Virus record (IMG/VR): IMGVR_UViG_3300031949_000126
Location: 1 to 31,924 of that record
DNA length: 31,924 nt
Strand: one strand, 5' to 3'
DNA from: a virus
In this document: positions 21,065-29,394 of the stretch, piece by piece
Layout of the letters: each line of letters opens with the position of its first letter
Numbering within the stretch: the first letter of the stretch is position 1
Notes under the pieces: generated by a model
What the model was told of the DNA's origin: nothing
The model's database searches: none
What the model saw: only the letters and a program-made list of their open reading frames with translations
Translations under genes and position numbers: made by a program

Positions 21065-21925
21065 ATGGCATTCGCAATGCCCATCGCTTATAGCCGATTG
21101 ACGCATCAGAAAATCATCGGCTCAAAAGGATTCGTGAATTCATTCGCGAACAACGTTATAGTCCCCGACGGACCGCATACGGGCAATGTGACTTGTACAG
21201 TCCTGAGCGCCGCGACACCGACGACAATCGCCGAGGGTACAGGTGTCACCAATGCAGCCGTCACGGTTGCAACCGCTCTCACGTTCGTTGACGGACAGGT
21301 GACGATGACCCTGAAGCCTTCGGAGTCCAAATCGTTTTTTACAAAGCCGGAGAACATCGTGCGGATCTCGGAAAATCATGCCGATGCTTTCGTATATGGC
21401 GCGACTGGCAGCATGATCGCCGACATGTACGCCGCGACACCGGGCCTGTCAAAAACACTCCCGGACGGACAGGGTAACTTTTACGCCGACGGCACCGCAG
21501 CCGAGGCACATCTAAACTGGCAGGCGTTCATGGCTTTGGTTGCATACTGCATGAGCCTGCAGCAGACCGCCCAGGCCGAGGACTTCGGAATCATCGCCCA
21601 CTATCTGACTTTCGGTAATATGATTACCCTGCGGTCGGATTCATACAAGGCTATCTATGATAGCTCAACAAGTATCTGGCGGTTCCTCGGAATCCCGATC
21701 TATTCGACTGCCTACTCGACAAACTTCGGCGCAGCCTCCAGGCCTGCCGCCTTCGTCTATCACAAGGACGCTGGCGCTCTTGTTTGGGATGAGCCGCAGT
21801 TAATGGGCGACGGCCCGATGTGGCATTGGGATGCCTGCTTAAAGTGGACAACCATTTGTCCTTACGGTCATGCGCTCCATAACGGCGCGTTGCTTGGCGA
21901 ACTTCTCAACCTCGCCGCGCTCTAA
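21065..21925 (+). CDS. Major capsid protein candidate (286 aa)
   Basis: It follows the scaffold gene, has SD aagagg, and is followed by a strong hairpin. The size fits an HK97-fold coat protein without a delta domain. Confidence 0.55.
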   Translation: MAFAMPIAYSRLTHQKIIGSKGFVNSFANNVIVPDGPHTGNVTCTVLSAATPTTIAEGTGVTNAAVTVATALTFVDGQVTMTLKPSESKSFFTKPENIVRISENHADAFVYGATGSMIADMYAATPGLSKTLPDGQGNFYADGTAAEAHLNWQAFMALVAYCMSLQQTAQAEDFGIIAHYLTFGNMITLRSDSYKAIYDSSTSIWRFLGIPIYSTAYSTNFGAASRPAAFVYHKDAGALVWDEPQLMGDGPMWHWDACLKWTTICPYGHALHNGALLGELLNLAAL

Positions 21926-21965
21926 ACGACGGGTTAAAGTGTTCATGTCTCCTGTACATAACGCA

Positions 21966-21995
21966 GGGGGAGAGGGTAATCATAACCTCTCCCCC
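21966..21995 (+). terminator. Perfect 10-bp GC hairpin downstream of the capsid gene (attenuator or RNA-stability element)
   Basis: GGGGGAGAGG-gtaatcataa-CCTCTCCCCC. Only a weak T-run (aggTTTcg) follows. Confidence 0.4.
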
Positions 21996-22006
21996 AGGTT
22001 TCGAAT

Positions 22007-22861
22007 ATGACCGACTACCCGCGCATTGTTAGAGGCTTTTATTACATGGCGGACATGCACCCCGGCCTGTATGTGATCGAGACCGGCGGTCGCGGCACGG
22101 CTGGCGATGGTGACGTGATCCGCGAGGCAGACGGCAGGCCAAAGTTTATGTGCCTGGAGGACGCACAGAAACATCTCAAGGGAGAGCAGGCATCCGTAAA
22201 GCAAGCTCTGCCCACCGATATTTTTCGCCATCTTGACGAACTGGCGCTCACGGATCGTATTCAGATCGTGGCTCCGGGCATTAACGGTAAAAATCACTAC
22301 GACCATCTCGACCCTGAGTGCTTTACCATCATCGTAAACAAGGCATGTGAAATCCCCGGCATACGTCGGGACTTATGGATGGTGGCAGACCCGACGCCGT
22401 ATCACGCGCTCGTGCGCGGATACATTGACTGGTTTGCGGAGGGGCTTAAAACGTGTGAATCAATCGGGTGCTTTAACAGCTTGACCATGCTGGAATATTT
22501 CGACAAAGTTAAGTATACGCATGAGTGGGCGGGGGAAATATTCGATGAATTTATTGAGCCGATGAAAAACCACATACGGGGCGGCCTCACGATAAGCGGC
22601 ATGGCCGTGCAAATGGCGTACTGGCTCGGTGCAAAAGATATCGTGCTTTGCGGCGTTGACTTATCGGGCATGTATTATTTCGACGGAAGCGAACGGGGCA
22701 CGGCGGCTCAACACCACACAGCATGGGTACGCATACTGCCCTTATTCCAGCAGCTTGTCGATTGGGTACAGGCGCGAGGCGTTAAAGTTTATTCACTGTC
22801 TGAAACCGCATTAAACGTTGAGAGGATACAAACATGGCAGCAGGAAGTTACACGGTCGTAA
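22007..22861 (+). CDS. Rossmann-type enzyme resembling DUF115 / MptE / Maf-like (glycosyl- or nucleotidyl-transfer) proteins (284 aa)
   Basis: IVAPGINGKNHYDHLDPECFTIIVNKA resembles the GPSL...vN motif. RDLWMVADP resembles the PD..v.lD motif. IRGGLTISGMAVQMAYWLGAKDIVLCGVDLSGMYYFDG resembles G.s....A..lA..lGa..I.L.G.Dl. Assigned by eye only. Confidence 0.4.
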   Translation: MTDYPRIVRGFYYMADMHPGLYVIETGGRGTAGDGDVIREADGRPKFMCLEDAQKHLKGEQASVKQALPTDIFRHLDELALTDRIQIVAPGINGKNHYDHLDPECFTIIVNKACEIPGIRRDLWMVADPTPYHALVRGYIDWFAEGLKTCESIGCFNSLTMLEYFDKVKYTHEWAGEIFDEFIEPMKNHIRGGLTISGMAVQMAYWLGAKDIVLCGVDLSGMYYFDGSERGTAAQHHTAWVRILPLFQQLVDWVQARGVKVYSLSETALNVERIQTWQQEVTRS

Positions 22862-23343
22862 CGGTTACGGATCACGTCCGGTTGGCAATCGACATGCGGG
22901 GTACGGACGCATGGCTCACGGACGCCGAAATAAACGGATTTATTTATGAGAACATAACGGCAACGCGAGGGGATTTCAGTTTCCAACTCGTAACATCGGC
23001 TACGACCGGGCCGTCCGGGGTGTATAAATGCTTCCACGGTTATTCTTACGGCCTGTATTTGTGGGGGCCAACTATGAGCGTGGAGGCTGATTGTATCTAT
23101 GTGCTCAACAGCAAGGGGGCTATCACGGTTACGAGCGGGACACCGACGGCAACTGCAATTACAGTCACAGGCGCGGTCGTGGATTTTTCGGCGGTAATGG
23201 TTCAATTACTGCACTGGCTGGCGACGCATCGGTCAAAGGAAATCAGCGCGAGCGCGGGCGGCGGCTCGATAAACTCTCAGGGCATACACGCGCAGTTGCT
23301 TGAAATGGCTGATTACTGGACGGGGATACGACAAATAGCATGA
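22834..23343 (+). CDS. Head-tail adaptor/connector candidate (169 aa)
   Basis: It lies after the capsid region. The N-terminus (VTDHVRLAIDMRGTDAWLTDAEINGFI) resembles gp6-like connector openings. Confidence 0.35.
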   Translation: MAAGSYTVVTVTDHVRLAIDMRGTDAWLTDAEINGFIYENITATRGDFSFQLVTSATTGPSGVYKCFHGYSYGLYLWGPTMSVEADCIYVLNSKGAITVTSGTPTATAITVTGAVVDFSAVMVQLLHWLATHRSKEISASAGGGSINSQGIHAQLLEMADYWTGIRQIA

Positions 23344-23474
23344 TACGGAAAGTAAAAGGCGGATATAAACTTGTCAGCAAAAAGGGCAAATCCCTCGGCA
23401 AGTACAAAACGAAAAAGGCGGCACGAAAACGTGAACGGCAAGTGAATTATTTTAAACACAAAAAGAAACGATAA
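23340..23474 (+). CDS. Small highly basic protein (44 aa: MIRKVKGGYKLVSKKGKSLGKYKTKKAARKRERQVNYFKHKKKR)
   Basis: Hand-translated ORF with an ATGA overlap upstream and a TAATG overlap downstream. Confidence 0.5.
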   Translation: MIRKVKGGYKLVSKKGKSLGKYKTKKAARKRERQVNYFKHKKKR

Positions 23475-24079
23475 TGGCGAAGGAACAGAAAATAGTTGTA
23501 AAGGGCTGGGATCGTCCGCTTACGGTTGACTGGGACTTCCAGACTGGCTTGCTCAGGCTTGAAATTCAGAGGCTTGCACCGGGCCGTGGTACCGGCAACT
23601 TAAAAGAAGCGTTTGAGCATGCCGACACAGCGGTCATAAACGAGGAAGGGAACGTAATCGATATCACCGTCGGCAAACAACACAAGGCATGGCCTTATGC
23701 GGCGATACAGGAGCATGGCGGTACGATTCCGGCATTCGATATCCGGAAAGCGCAACGTGCTTTTAAAAGTACATATCTGGCAATGGTAAGAGGAAGGAAA
23801 ATCAGCGCGGGGCGATATGGCAGATGGTTCCGGCGGTCGTCCGTCGGCGGATACAGGCCGGTCATGGTTGCATGGATTGGCGGGGTGAAAAGATTCTTTA
23901 CGAAGCGCGGCCCGATTGTAATCTTGGGGTCACATTACGTGGAAAACGGCGTTCATAACTGGTGGAGAAAGTTGTGCGGCGCGTCCAGTGGCGTCGGCGG
24001 CGGTGCTCCGGTCGGCGGGGCGATGCGGACTTACTCTTGGTCGAAGGAACATTATAGCCGGGGAATAGATAACAGATGA
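23474..24079 (+). CDS. HK97 gp10-like head-tail joining protein (201 aa)
   Basis: LAPGRGTGNLKEAF ... AWPYAAIQEHGGTIP resembles the gp10-family pattern aP..tG.L ... ya..vEfGT. Confidence 0.45.
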   Translation: MAKEQKIVVKGWDRPLTVDWDFQTGLLRLEIQRLAPGRGTGNLKEAFEHADTAVINEEGNVIDITVGKQHKAWPYAAIQEHGGTIPAFDIRKAQRAFKSTYLAMVRGRKISAGRYGRWFRRSSVGGYRPVMVAWIGGVKRFFTKRGPIVILGSHYVENGVHNWWRKLCGASSGVGGGAPVGGAMRTYSWSKEHYSRGIDNR

Positions 24080-25467
24080 GCAAAGAACTATTGGATAGAA
24101 TTATCGAAGCGATCCAATCCGTTAGGGAAGCCGGCGGAAGCAAGTATGTTATTACCGAATATGGCAAAATAAGAATATCAGACCATCCGCGATTCTTTTA
24201 TGGATTTGCGGAAGCGACTCACGGACATCCCGATTATACTTTTATTGTTTCTAAAAACAACAAAGAATTACTGTCAGATTTTGAGCTAATGGCGGAGGGG
24301 ATTAATGAAGAAATAGAGGGTACTTTTTGGCTAAAGCCAGGGCAAAATCAAGAACGATTAGCGGACGTAATTTCTGATATTGTTTCGACCGGAAAAACAA
24401 AATCTATAGAGAATGTAATAACACTCAATGAATCTACTGCTTTAATTAATAAAACCGTTCTGCCTGCTGAATTGCCTAAATGGAAATTAGATATATTAAT
24501 GCGAGATGAATTACGAGAACAGGCGATAACAAATAGAATTGCATTGGAAAGAGAGCGACTTGCTTTATTTAAGCGAGCGGATGAAGCGGCGGCGAAAGTA
24601 TACAGAGAAACCGTCCAGGCAGGAAAGGGGAAATTGGCGGGTCAGATTGCAGCCAACAGCGAGAGGGCTAGGGTAATAAAGGAAAACTTACCCGTAACTG
24701 CAAGACCTGGTTACGTCTATCGTGGTATCGAGCAGGCAGAACTCGCTGCTCCTATCCCCACCGAACCCGTCACCGGCGTTGTGGAAATAAAGCATGAGGT
24801 GGTCCCGGATTGGCCTGACGCCGCCGATATTGCAGGCGTGGGCAAGCCAGCTATCGGGGAACTGCTACCGCAGGCTCGTGAGGTTGTCGGTAAACTCGAA
24901 AGCCTGATGCTCGAAACCGGCATGACCCGTGAACAGATACGCAGGGCGGTTGCGACCGGCTACGGGAGATTCAACCCGGACACATACGCAAAGCTCGCCA
25001 GCGAAGCCGACAGCCGCCTTGCCAATTTATTCCAGGCGATGACCGAGCGGAGCCGTGGCTTAATCGCGCCGGTCGATACGCAAGAGGATGCTACCAAGCT
25101 CCGACACTTAATTCAGGACTTCGCGCCTGTTGATACTGGCGCACTCCGAGACTCATTCGACGACCCGCGCACGGTCGTTGTACAACCGGACGGGAACGTA
25201 ATGATCGACTTCTCCCTGCCGTATGCCCGCATACAGGACTTGGGCGGCACGATTCATCGGACAAGTAGCACCGGAAAATCATACACGATCCGCATATCGG
25301 CACAGCATTACGTCCAGAAGGCCGTGACCGCGTACAACGCGTCTAGGGACGCGGAGACGGTTCCTTTGCAGGTTGTATCGGAAGGCGGCATAGGTATCGG
25401 CATAGGCAGCCTGATAGCGCGTGGCATGGCTTTTGTGCGGTCGGTGAACCCGGCAGGTGCTACATAA
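24076..25467 (+). CDS. Two-part protein (463 aa): an AT-rich N-terminal domain of unknown function fused to an HK97 gp10-like C-terminal domain
   Basis: The C-terminus (IQDFAPVDTGALRDSF ... SLPYARIQDLGGTI) is gp10-like. The first 500 nt or so are visibly much AT-richer than the rest of the ORF and its neighbours. Confidence 0.55.
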   Translation: MSKELLDRIIEAIQSVREAGGSKYVITEYGKIRISDHPRFFYGFAEATHGHPDYTFIVSKNNKELLSDFELMAEGINEEIEGTFWLKPGQNQERLADVISDIVSTGKTKSIENVITLNESTALINKTVLPAELPKWKLDILMRDELREQAITNRIALERERLALFKRADEAAAKVYRETVQAGKGKLAGQIAANSERARVIKENLPVTARPGYVYRGIEQAELAAPIPTEPVTGVVEIKHEVVPDWPDAADIAGVGKPAIGELLPQAREVVGKLESLMLETGMTREQIRRAVATGYGRFNPDTYAKLASEADSRLANLFQAMTERSRGLIAPVDTQEDATKLRHLIQDFAPVDTGALRDSFDDPRTVVVQPDGNVMIDFSLPYARIQDLGGTIHRTSSTGKSYTIRISAQHYVQKAVTAYNASRDAETVPLQVVSEGGIGIGIGSLIARGMAFVRSVNPAGAT

Positions 25468-25877
25468 TGGCAAGCGTACTATCGGCAATACAAACGCAAC
25501 TCGTAACAGATGTCGAAACCACGTCGATCAATAAATGCTATGTCGGCAAGGCGTCGGATAGCACGGTAGAAACGCCGTGGTGTGAAATGTACATCGTGAG
25601 CGGCAGCCAGTCTTACGACATGACCAGTGTTATTGACCGGAGCATGACAGTCATTCTGGTTATATCAGGAAAGTCGCAAGAGCAGGTTGAGTTAGCAGCC
25701 GAGGAACTTATGAAGCTCTGGAGAAGCGGGACAAAGCTAGCAGTCTTACGCGCCTTGAGCGTCCTGCATATTTATTGCGTGTCAGATTCCCCGGCGATTG
25801 TCTATTCCAATTCAGCGACGCAACAGCCGATCATGGCGGATATTGAATTTGCCATGACCGTTCGGTATACAGCATAA
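25467..25877 (+). CDS. Tail completion / tail terminator-like protein (136 aa)
   Basis: TAATG overlap, and position just before the major tail protein. The opening (LSAIQTQLVTD ... CYVGKA ... PWCEMYIV) is weakly DUF3168-like. Confidence 0.35.
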   Translation: MASVLSAIQTQLVTDVETTSINKCYVGKASDSTVETPWCEMYIVSGSQSYDMTSVIDRSMTVILVISGKSQEQVELAAEELMKLWRSGTKLAVLRALSVLHIYCVSDSPAIVYSNSATQQPIMADIEFAMTVRYTA

Positions 25878-25890
25878 GGAGAAAATTACA

Positions 25891-26805
25891 ATGACAGCAC
25901 CACACGTTGTACAATTATCGGAAATTGGATTCAACAGCAAGACCCGGACGGTTAAGGGCTTGAGCCTCCAGGTGGCGGATGCGATCATGTACGATGATAC
26001 CGCGCAATATCCGCTTAATTCGAGGCAGGCGCCGCAGGCCGGGCCGAAGTTCGCACGGATGAGTTTCATTACGGAATTGAATCCGTCGGGATCGTCGGGC
26101 GGCGCTAAGACACCGCCGGATGCGCTCCTGTTGAAGGCGTGCGGGATCAAGGAAACCGTCGCAACGACCGTCAGCACGACCTATGACCTCGACGGACAGA
26201 TAGCCATAAACCAGACTCCGGTCGCGCTGATTTCAAAGCAGGGCAGCGGCACCGGTTACTACCAGCTTTGCAGTAATGCCGTCGGGAACCTGACCATATC
26301 CGGGAATCCCAATACCCCGCTGATTTGCGCGTGGAATTTCGACGGGACTTACACGGCGCCCACGGAAGCGGACTTGACGGACGCGATAGAAAACGGCGGC
26401 CTTGCCCCGATGTGCATCGGCACGATCACGCTGAATACCGATGCGCTCGTAATGAAGGCGTTTACCATCGCGTTGAATAACGCGAACAATGCGCCAAATC
26501 TGAATATGGCGGGGACGAATGGCCTTAGCAATCCGGTACTCGTTAATCAGGCTCCCATGTTTGAGACTGTCGTGGAGCTTCCGGTCATGTCAACCGCAAA
26601 CTACTGGACTGACCTGACCAGTCACACGTTGACGCCGTTCTCATTCGCTATCGGCACCGGCGCGGGTTATGTGACCACGATCACCGGCAAGGGCTACCTC
26701 ATGGCGGCACAGCAGCTTCAGAGCCTTAACGGCGTCCTCGGAGCGCGTCTCGCGTACCGCATGGATTGGGCGTCGGGTTCGCCTATCAGCATTGCCTTTA
26801 CTTAA
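25891..26805 (+). CDS. Major tail (tube) protein candidate (304 aa)
   Basis: Strong SD aaggag. It lies immediately upstream of the chaperone pair and the tape measure gene. Confidence 0.55.
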   Translation: MTAPHVVQLSEIGFNSKTRTVKGLSLQVADAIMYDDTAQYPLNSRQAPQAGPKFARMSFITELNPSGSSGGAKTPPDALLLKACGIKETVATTVSTTYDLDGQIAINQTPVALISKQGSGTGYYQLCSNAVGNLTISGNPNTPLICAWNFDGTYTAPTEADLTDAIENGGLAPMCIGTITLNTDALVMKAFTIALNNANNAPNLNMAGTNGLSNPVLVNQAPMFETVVELPVMSTANYWTDLTSHTLTPFSFAIGTGAGYVTTITGKGYLMAAQQLQSLNGVLGARLAYRMDWASGSPISIAFT

Positions 26806-26834
26806 ACCAATTTCAGATAAATAGGAGACACACG

Positions 26835-27368
26835 ATGAAAGCATTACCAGTACGATTTCAGAAGCAAGAGCACACGTTTGAGGACGTGCATTACACGATT
26901 CAACCGCTCACGAATCAACTCCGGGCCCACATCCAGACGGAGAATCTCGAACGCATCGGGACGGACGAAAAGGGCTACCCGATACTCGGCACCAACAAGG
27001 GCGGCATCATTTACGACGTGATGGGTTTTTCCCTCGTTGAACTTTCGGGACTTGAAGGACTCGAAATCGAATATGAGGATGTCAATATCGGGAAAAACAT
27101 CTATACACGCGTGAAGGATTACTGCCTCGATTTATTTCCACTGGCCCTGTTCGACGCTATCAAGATTGATGCCACAACCGCCAGCATAATCACTGAGGAG
27201 GAAGCCGAGGAAATGGGTTTTACGCCGGACTCGTCTACGGAGACTTCAACTGTACCGGAGACGAGCGATTCTGTGGATGCAGAACCGGAATTGAAGTCGG
27301 ATTCACCATTACCGACAACGGTTGTCGAAAGCCAACCATTATCAGGGGATGCGTCTGGAAGCGAGTAA
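26835..27368 (+). CDS. Tail assembly chaperone, gpG-like (177 aa)
   Basis: SD aggagacacacgATG. It has an acidic C-terminal half and lies between the tail tube and tape measure genes. It contains an in-frame slippery heptamer. Confidence 0.6.
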   Translation: MKALPVRFQKQEHTFEDVHYTIQPLTNQLRAHIQTENLERIGTDEKGYPILGTNKGGIIYDVMGFSLVELSGLEGLEIEYEDVNIGKNIYTRVKDYCLDLFPLALFDAIKIDATTASIITEEEAEEMGFTPDSSTETSTVPETSDSVDAEPELKSDSPLPTTVVESQPLSGDASGSE

Positions 27369-27538
27369 GTCCGTTTATGCGGTATCTTGCGGAGCTTTAT
27401 CAGGCATACAAGGACGGGCATTTATTGGAGCGGGGGAGTTGGGGCGAACAGCCGGCATGGTACACGGATGCGATGAGCCTGATGAATAGTGAGATGAATT
27501 CAGCGGAAGCAGACAGAATGAAAAGGACAAGCCAGTGA
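26835..27538 (+). CDS. Predicted gpGT-like fusion made by a -1 frameshift at 27215-27221
   Basis: The -1 frame is open from 27197 to the TGA at 27536-27538, which overlaps the GTG start of the tape measure gene. Confidence 0.5.
27215..27221 (+). promoter_or_regulatory. Slippery heptamer G GGT TTT (X XXY YYZ in the zero frame), with a 7-bp stem-loop starting 8 nt downstream
   Basis: The zero-frame codons are atg|ggt|ttt (MGF). The downstream stem is CTCGTCT (27230-27236) paired with AGACGAG (27259-27265). Confidence 0.55.
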
Positions 27539-29133
27539 CATACGGCGATCCGACATTACATACCAAAGTAGTAATTGACGGCACCGAGGAAGTTAACGAA
27601 AAGTTAAAGGGCGTCGAAAAGGCGGGGACGGAAGCCGCCGCTAAAGTTGACGACGCCTTTGAGAAGTCCTCGCAGTCGCTGCTATCTCTTTCGGAAAAAG
27701 CGGGTCGGTTCGGAAGCATCTGGACTCAGAATGTGACCATGCCGATAATCGCGCTGGGCACGGCTGCGATTGCGATGAGTGCGGATGTGTTAAAGGGCGA
27801 GGAGTCGGTTGCCAAACTCACGGACGCATGGAAGGATTTAAAGAGCGATGTGGCGACGGCGATTGTGCCGACGATAAACGCGCTGATTACGGACACGCTG
27901 ATACCGCTGGTAGACACGCTTGGGGATTTGGTAACAAAATGGGGCGAACAAAGTGAGGCGGCGAAAGATGCACAGCTAAAGATATTTGGAATTACAGCGA
28001 TTGTCGGGCCGGTTGTTAAGGGCGCAGCCGATATTGGTACACAAATTGGAATTCTAATGTTAGCTTTTCGCGCATTAAAAATAGAAGCAGCAGCGGCATG
28101 GCTCGCCGTGGCAGGGCCGGTTGGGTTAGCAATCGGTGCAGGTGTTGTTGCAGTTGCCGCCATGGATTGGGGTGCGAAAAATATACCAACATCATCGATT
28201 TGGGAAGGTGATTATCCCACTGATTGGGACATCATAGCGGGTACAGGAGGACCATCCCCAGAAATTGCGGGGACTTGGGGGGCTTTATCGCAATCTGATT
28301 TAGAATTATGGCTAACAGAACCAAATTTACCAGTGCGGACGCGGGCAGAAGCCAAACTTAATGAATATCGCTTATGGCTGGCCGATTTTAACGCGAGAGG
28401 CAGGGGCGGCGGAGGCGGGGGCGGTTTGCCTCCGATGACACTTGAAGAGCAACAGATTGATGAGATGGTCAGAAATTGGGGAGGTGGTGAACAAGTCCGA
28501 GGACTTCCGGGCGGTCCCGCATCCGACTTTGAGCACTGGAAGTTAATAATGGGTTGGGGGGCTGATGAAACTTTCCCTGCGCCACAAAATATAAGCACGG
28601 CACAAACCGGATTCAACGCAGTCCCCTATGGAACGCACTGGCAAGGACGGGCGGGATTAGGCCCCGGCCCTGGAGGACTTTCGGTATATCAGCAATTCCA
28701 GCGCGGGCGCGGGATGATTGGCACGGCACCGTCAGAACCATCCGGCCCGTCCTGGTACGACAACCTGATGTCGAATGAATTTCTGATTAACGCCGGAGCG
28801 ACGATAGCGGGTACTCTCGCAGGCGGCGGGGGAGTTGCGGAAATTGCACAATCTGTTTTACCGATGGCTGGTTGGGCGATTGGCGCACAGATCGGCGCAT
28901 CCGGCGGTCCGATTGGCGCTGCTATCGGCGCGTTGCTTGGCGGCCTGTTCCAAAAGAAACAGCGCGGGGATACGCCGCAAAATCCGGTGCATGTCAAGGT
29001 GATCAATCTCGGCGATCTCGCAACCGCTATGTCGAATGCCGTCAAGTCCCTCGTGGCGCAACTCGGAGCGCAGGGACTGGACAGCCTCGTTAAGCAAGTC
29101 CGCATGCAGGGGCAGCTAAAGGGGTACTCGTAA
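27535..29133 (+). CDS. Tape measure protein (532 aa)
   Basis: It is the longest gene after the chaperones. It has a helical N-part, hydrophobic segments (IVGPVVKGAADIGTQIGILMLAF, AAAWLAVAGPVGLAIGAGVVAVAA) and Gly-rich tracts (GRGGGGGGGLPP). Confidence 0.75.
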   Translation: MTYGDPTLHTKVVIDGTEEVNEKLKGVEKAGTEAAAKVDDAFEKSSQSLLSLSEKAGRFGSIWTQNVTMPIIALGTAAIAMSADVLKGEESVAKLTDAWKDLKSDVATAIVPTINALITDTLIPLVDTLGDLVTKWGEQSEAAKDAQLKIFGITAIVGPVVKGAADIGTQIGILMLAFRALKIEAAAAWLAVAGPVGLAIGAGVVAVAAMDWGAKNIPTSSIWEGDYPTDWDIIAGTGGPSPEIAGTWGALSQSDLELWLTEPNLPVRTRAEAKLNEYRLWLADFNARGRGGGGGGGLPPMTLEEQQIDEMVRNWGGGEQVRGLPGGPASDFEHWKLIMGWGADETFPAPQNISTAQTGFNAVPYGTHWQGRAGLGPGPGGLSVYQQFQRGRGMIGTAPSEPSGPSWYDNLMSNEFLINAGATIAGTLAGGGGVAEIAQSVLPMAGWAIGAQIGASGGPIGAAIGALLGGLFQKKQRGDTPQNPVHVKVINLGDLATAMSNAVKSLVAQLGAQGLDSLVKQVRMQGQLKGYS

Positions 29134-29137
29134 AATA

Positions 29138-29151
29138 AATGTGTTATAATA
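29138..29151 (+). promoter_or_regulatory. Extended -10 promoter candidate inside the tail operon (AATGTGTTATAATA)
   Basis: This 14-mer is identical to the one at 16613-16626, with TGtTATAAT at 29142-29150. There is no good -35 box. Confidence 0.4.
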
Positions 29152-29169
29152 GTCGCAAGGAGACACACC

Positions 29170-29394
29170 ATGCAATCATACACATTACGAGAGTATGCCA
29201 TTTTAACCGAGTATGTTTATGGGGTTGAGCAAAATTTTGAAAAAATATTAAAGGCAATCGGGGATGACCCTAGCAAGCAGGAGAAAGCCGCGAAGGTTAA
29301 AACATTAGCAGCGGAGATGGGAGAGTTTTATAGCGCGGAATACATTCTTGAACTTGAAAACCCAGGAAAATCGACATGGCAATCGGACAGATAA
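29170..29394 (+). CDS. Hypothetical small protein (74 aa), moron-like insert
   Basis: SD aaggagacacaccATG. It has AT-rich composition and its own promoter-like element, and it sits between the tape measure and distal tail genes. Confidence 0.5.
   Translation: MQSYTLREYAILTEYVYGVEQNFEKILKAIGDDPSKQEKAAKVKTLAAEMGEFYSAEYILELENPGKSTWQSDR

Noticed and set aside
27375-29201. Chain of minus-strand ORFs (27375..27719, 27726..28163, 28212..28616, 28689..29201) antisense to the tape measure gene
   Set aside because: They are antisense shadows of a GC- and Gly/Ala-rich gene. Their compositions are Pro/Ser/Ala-biased, none has a start context, and they would oppose the late operon.
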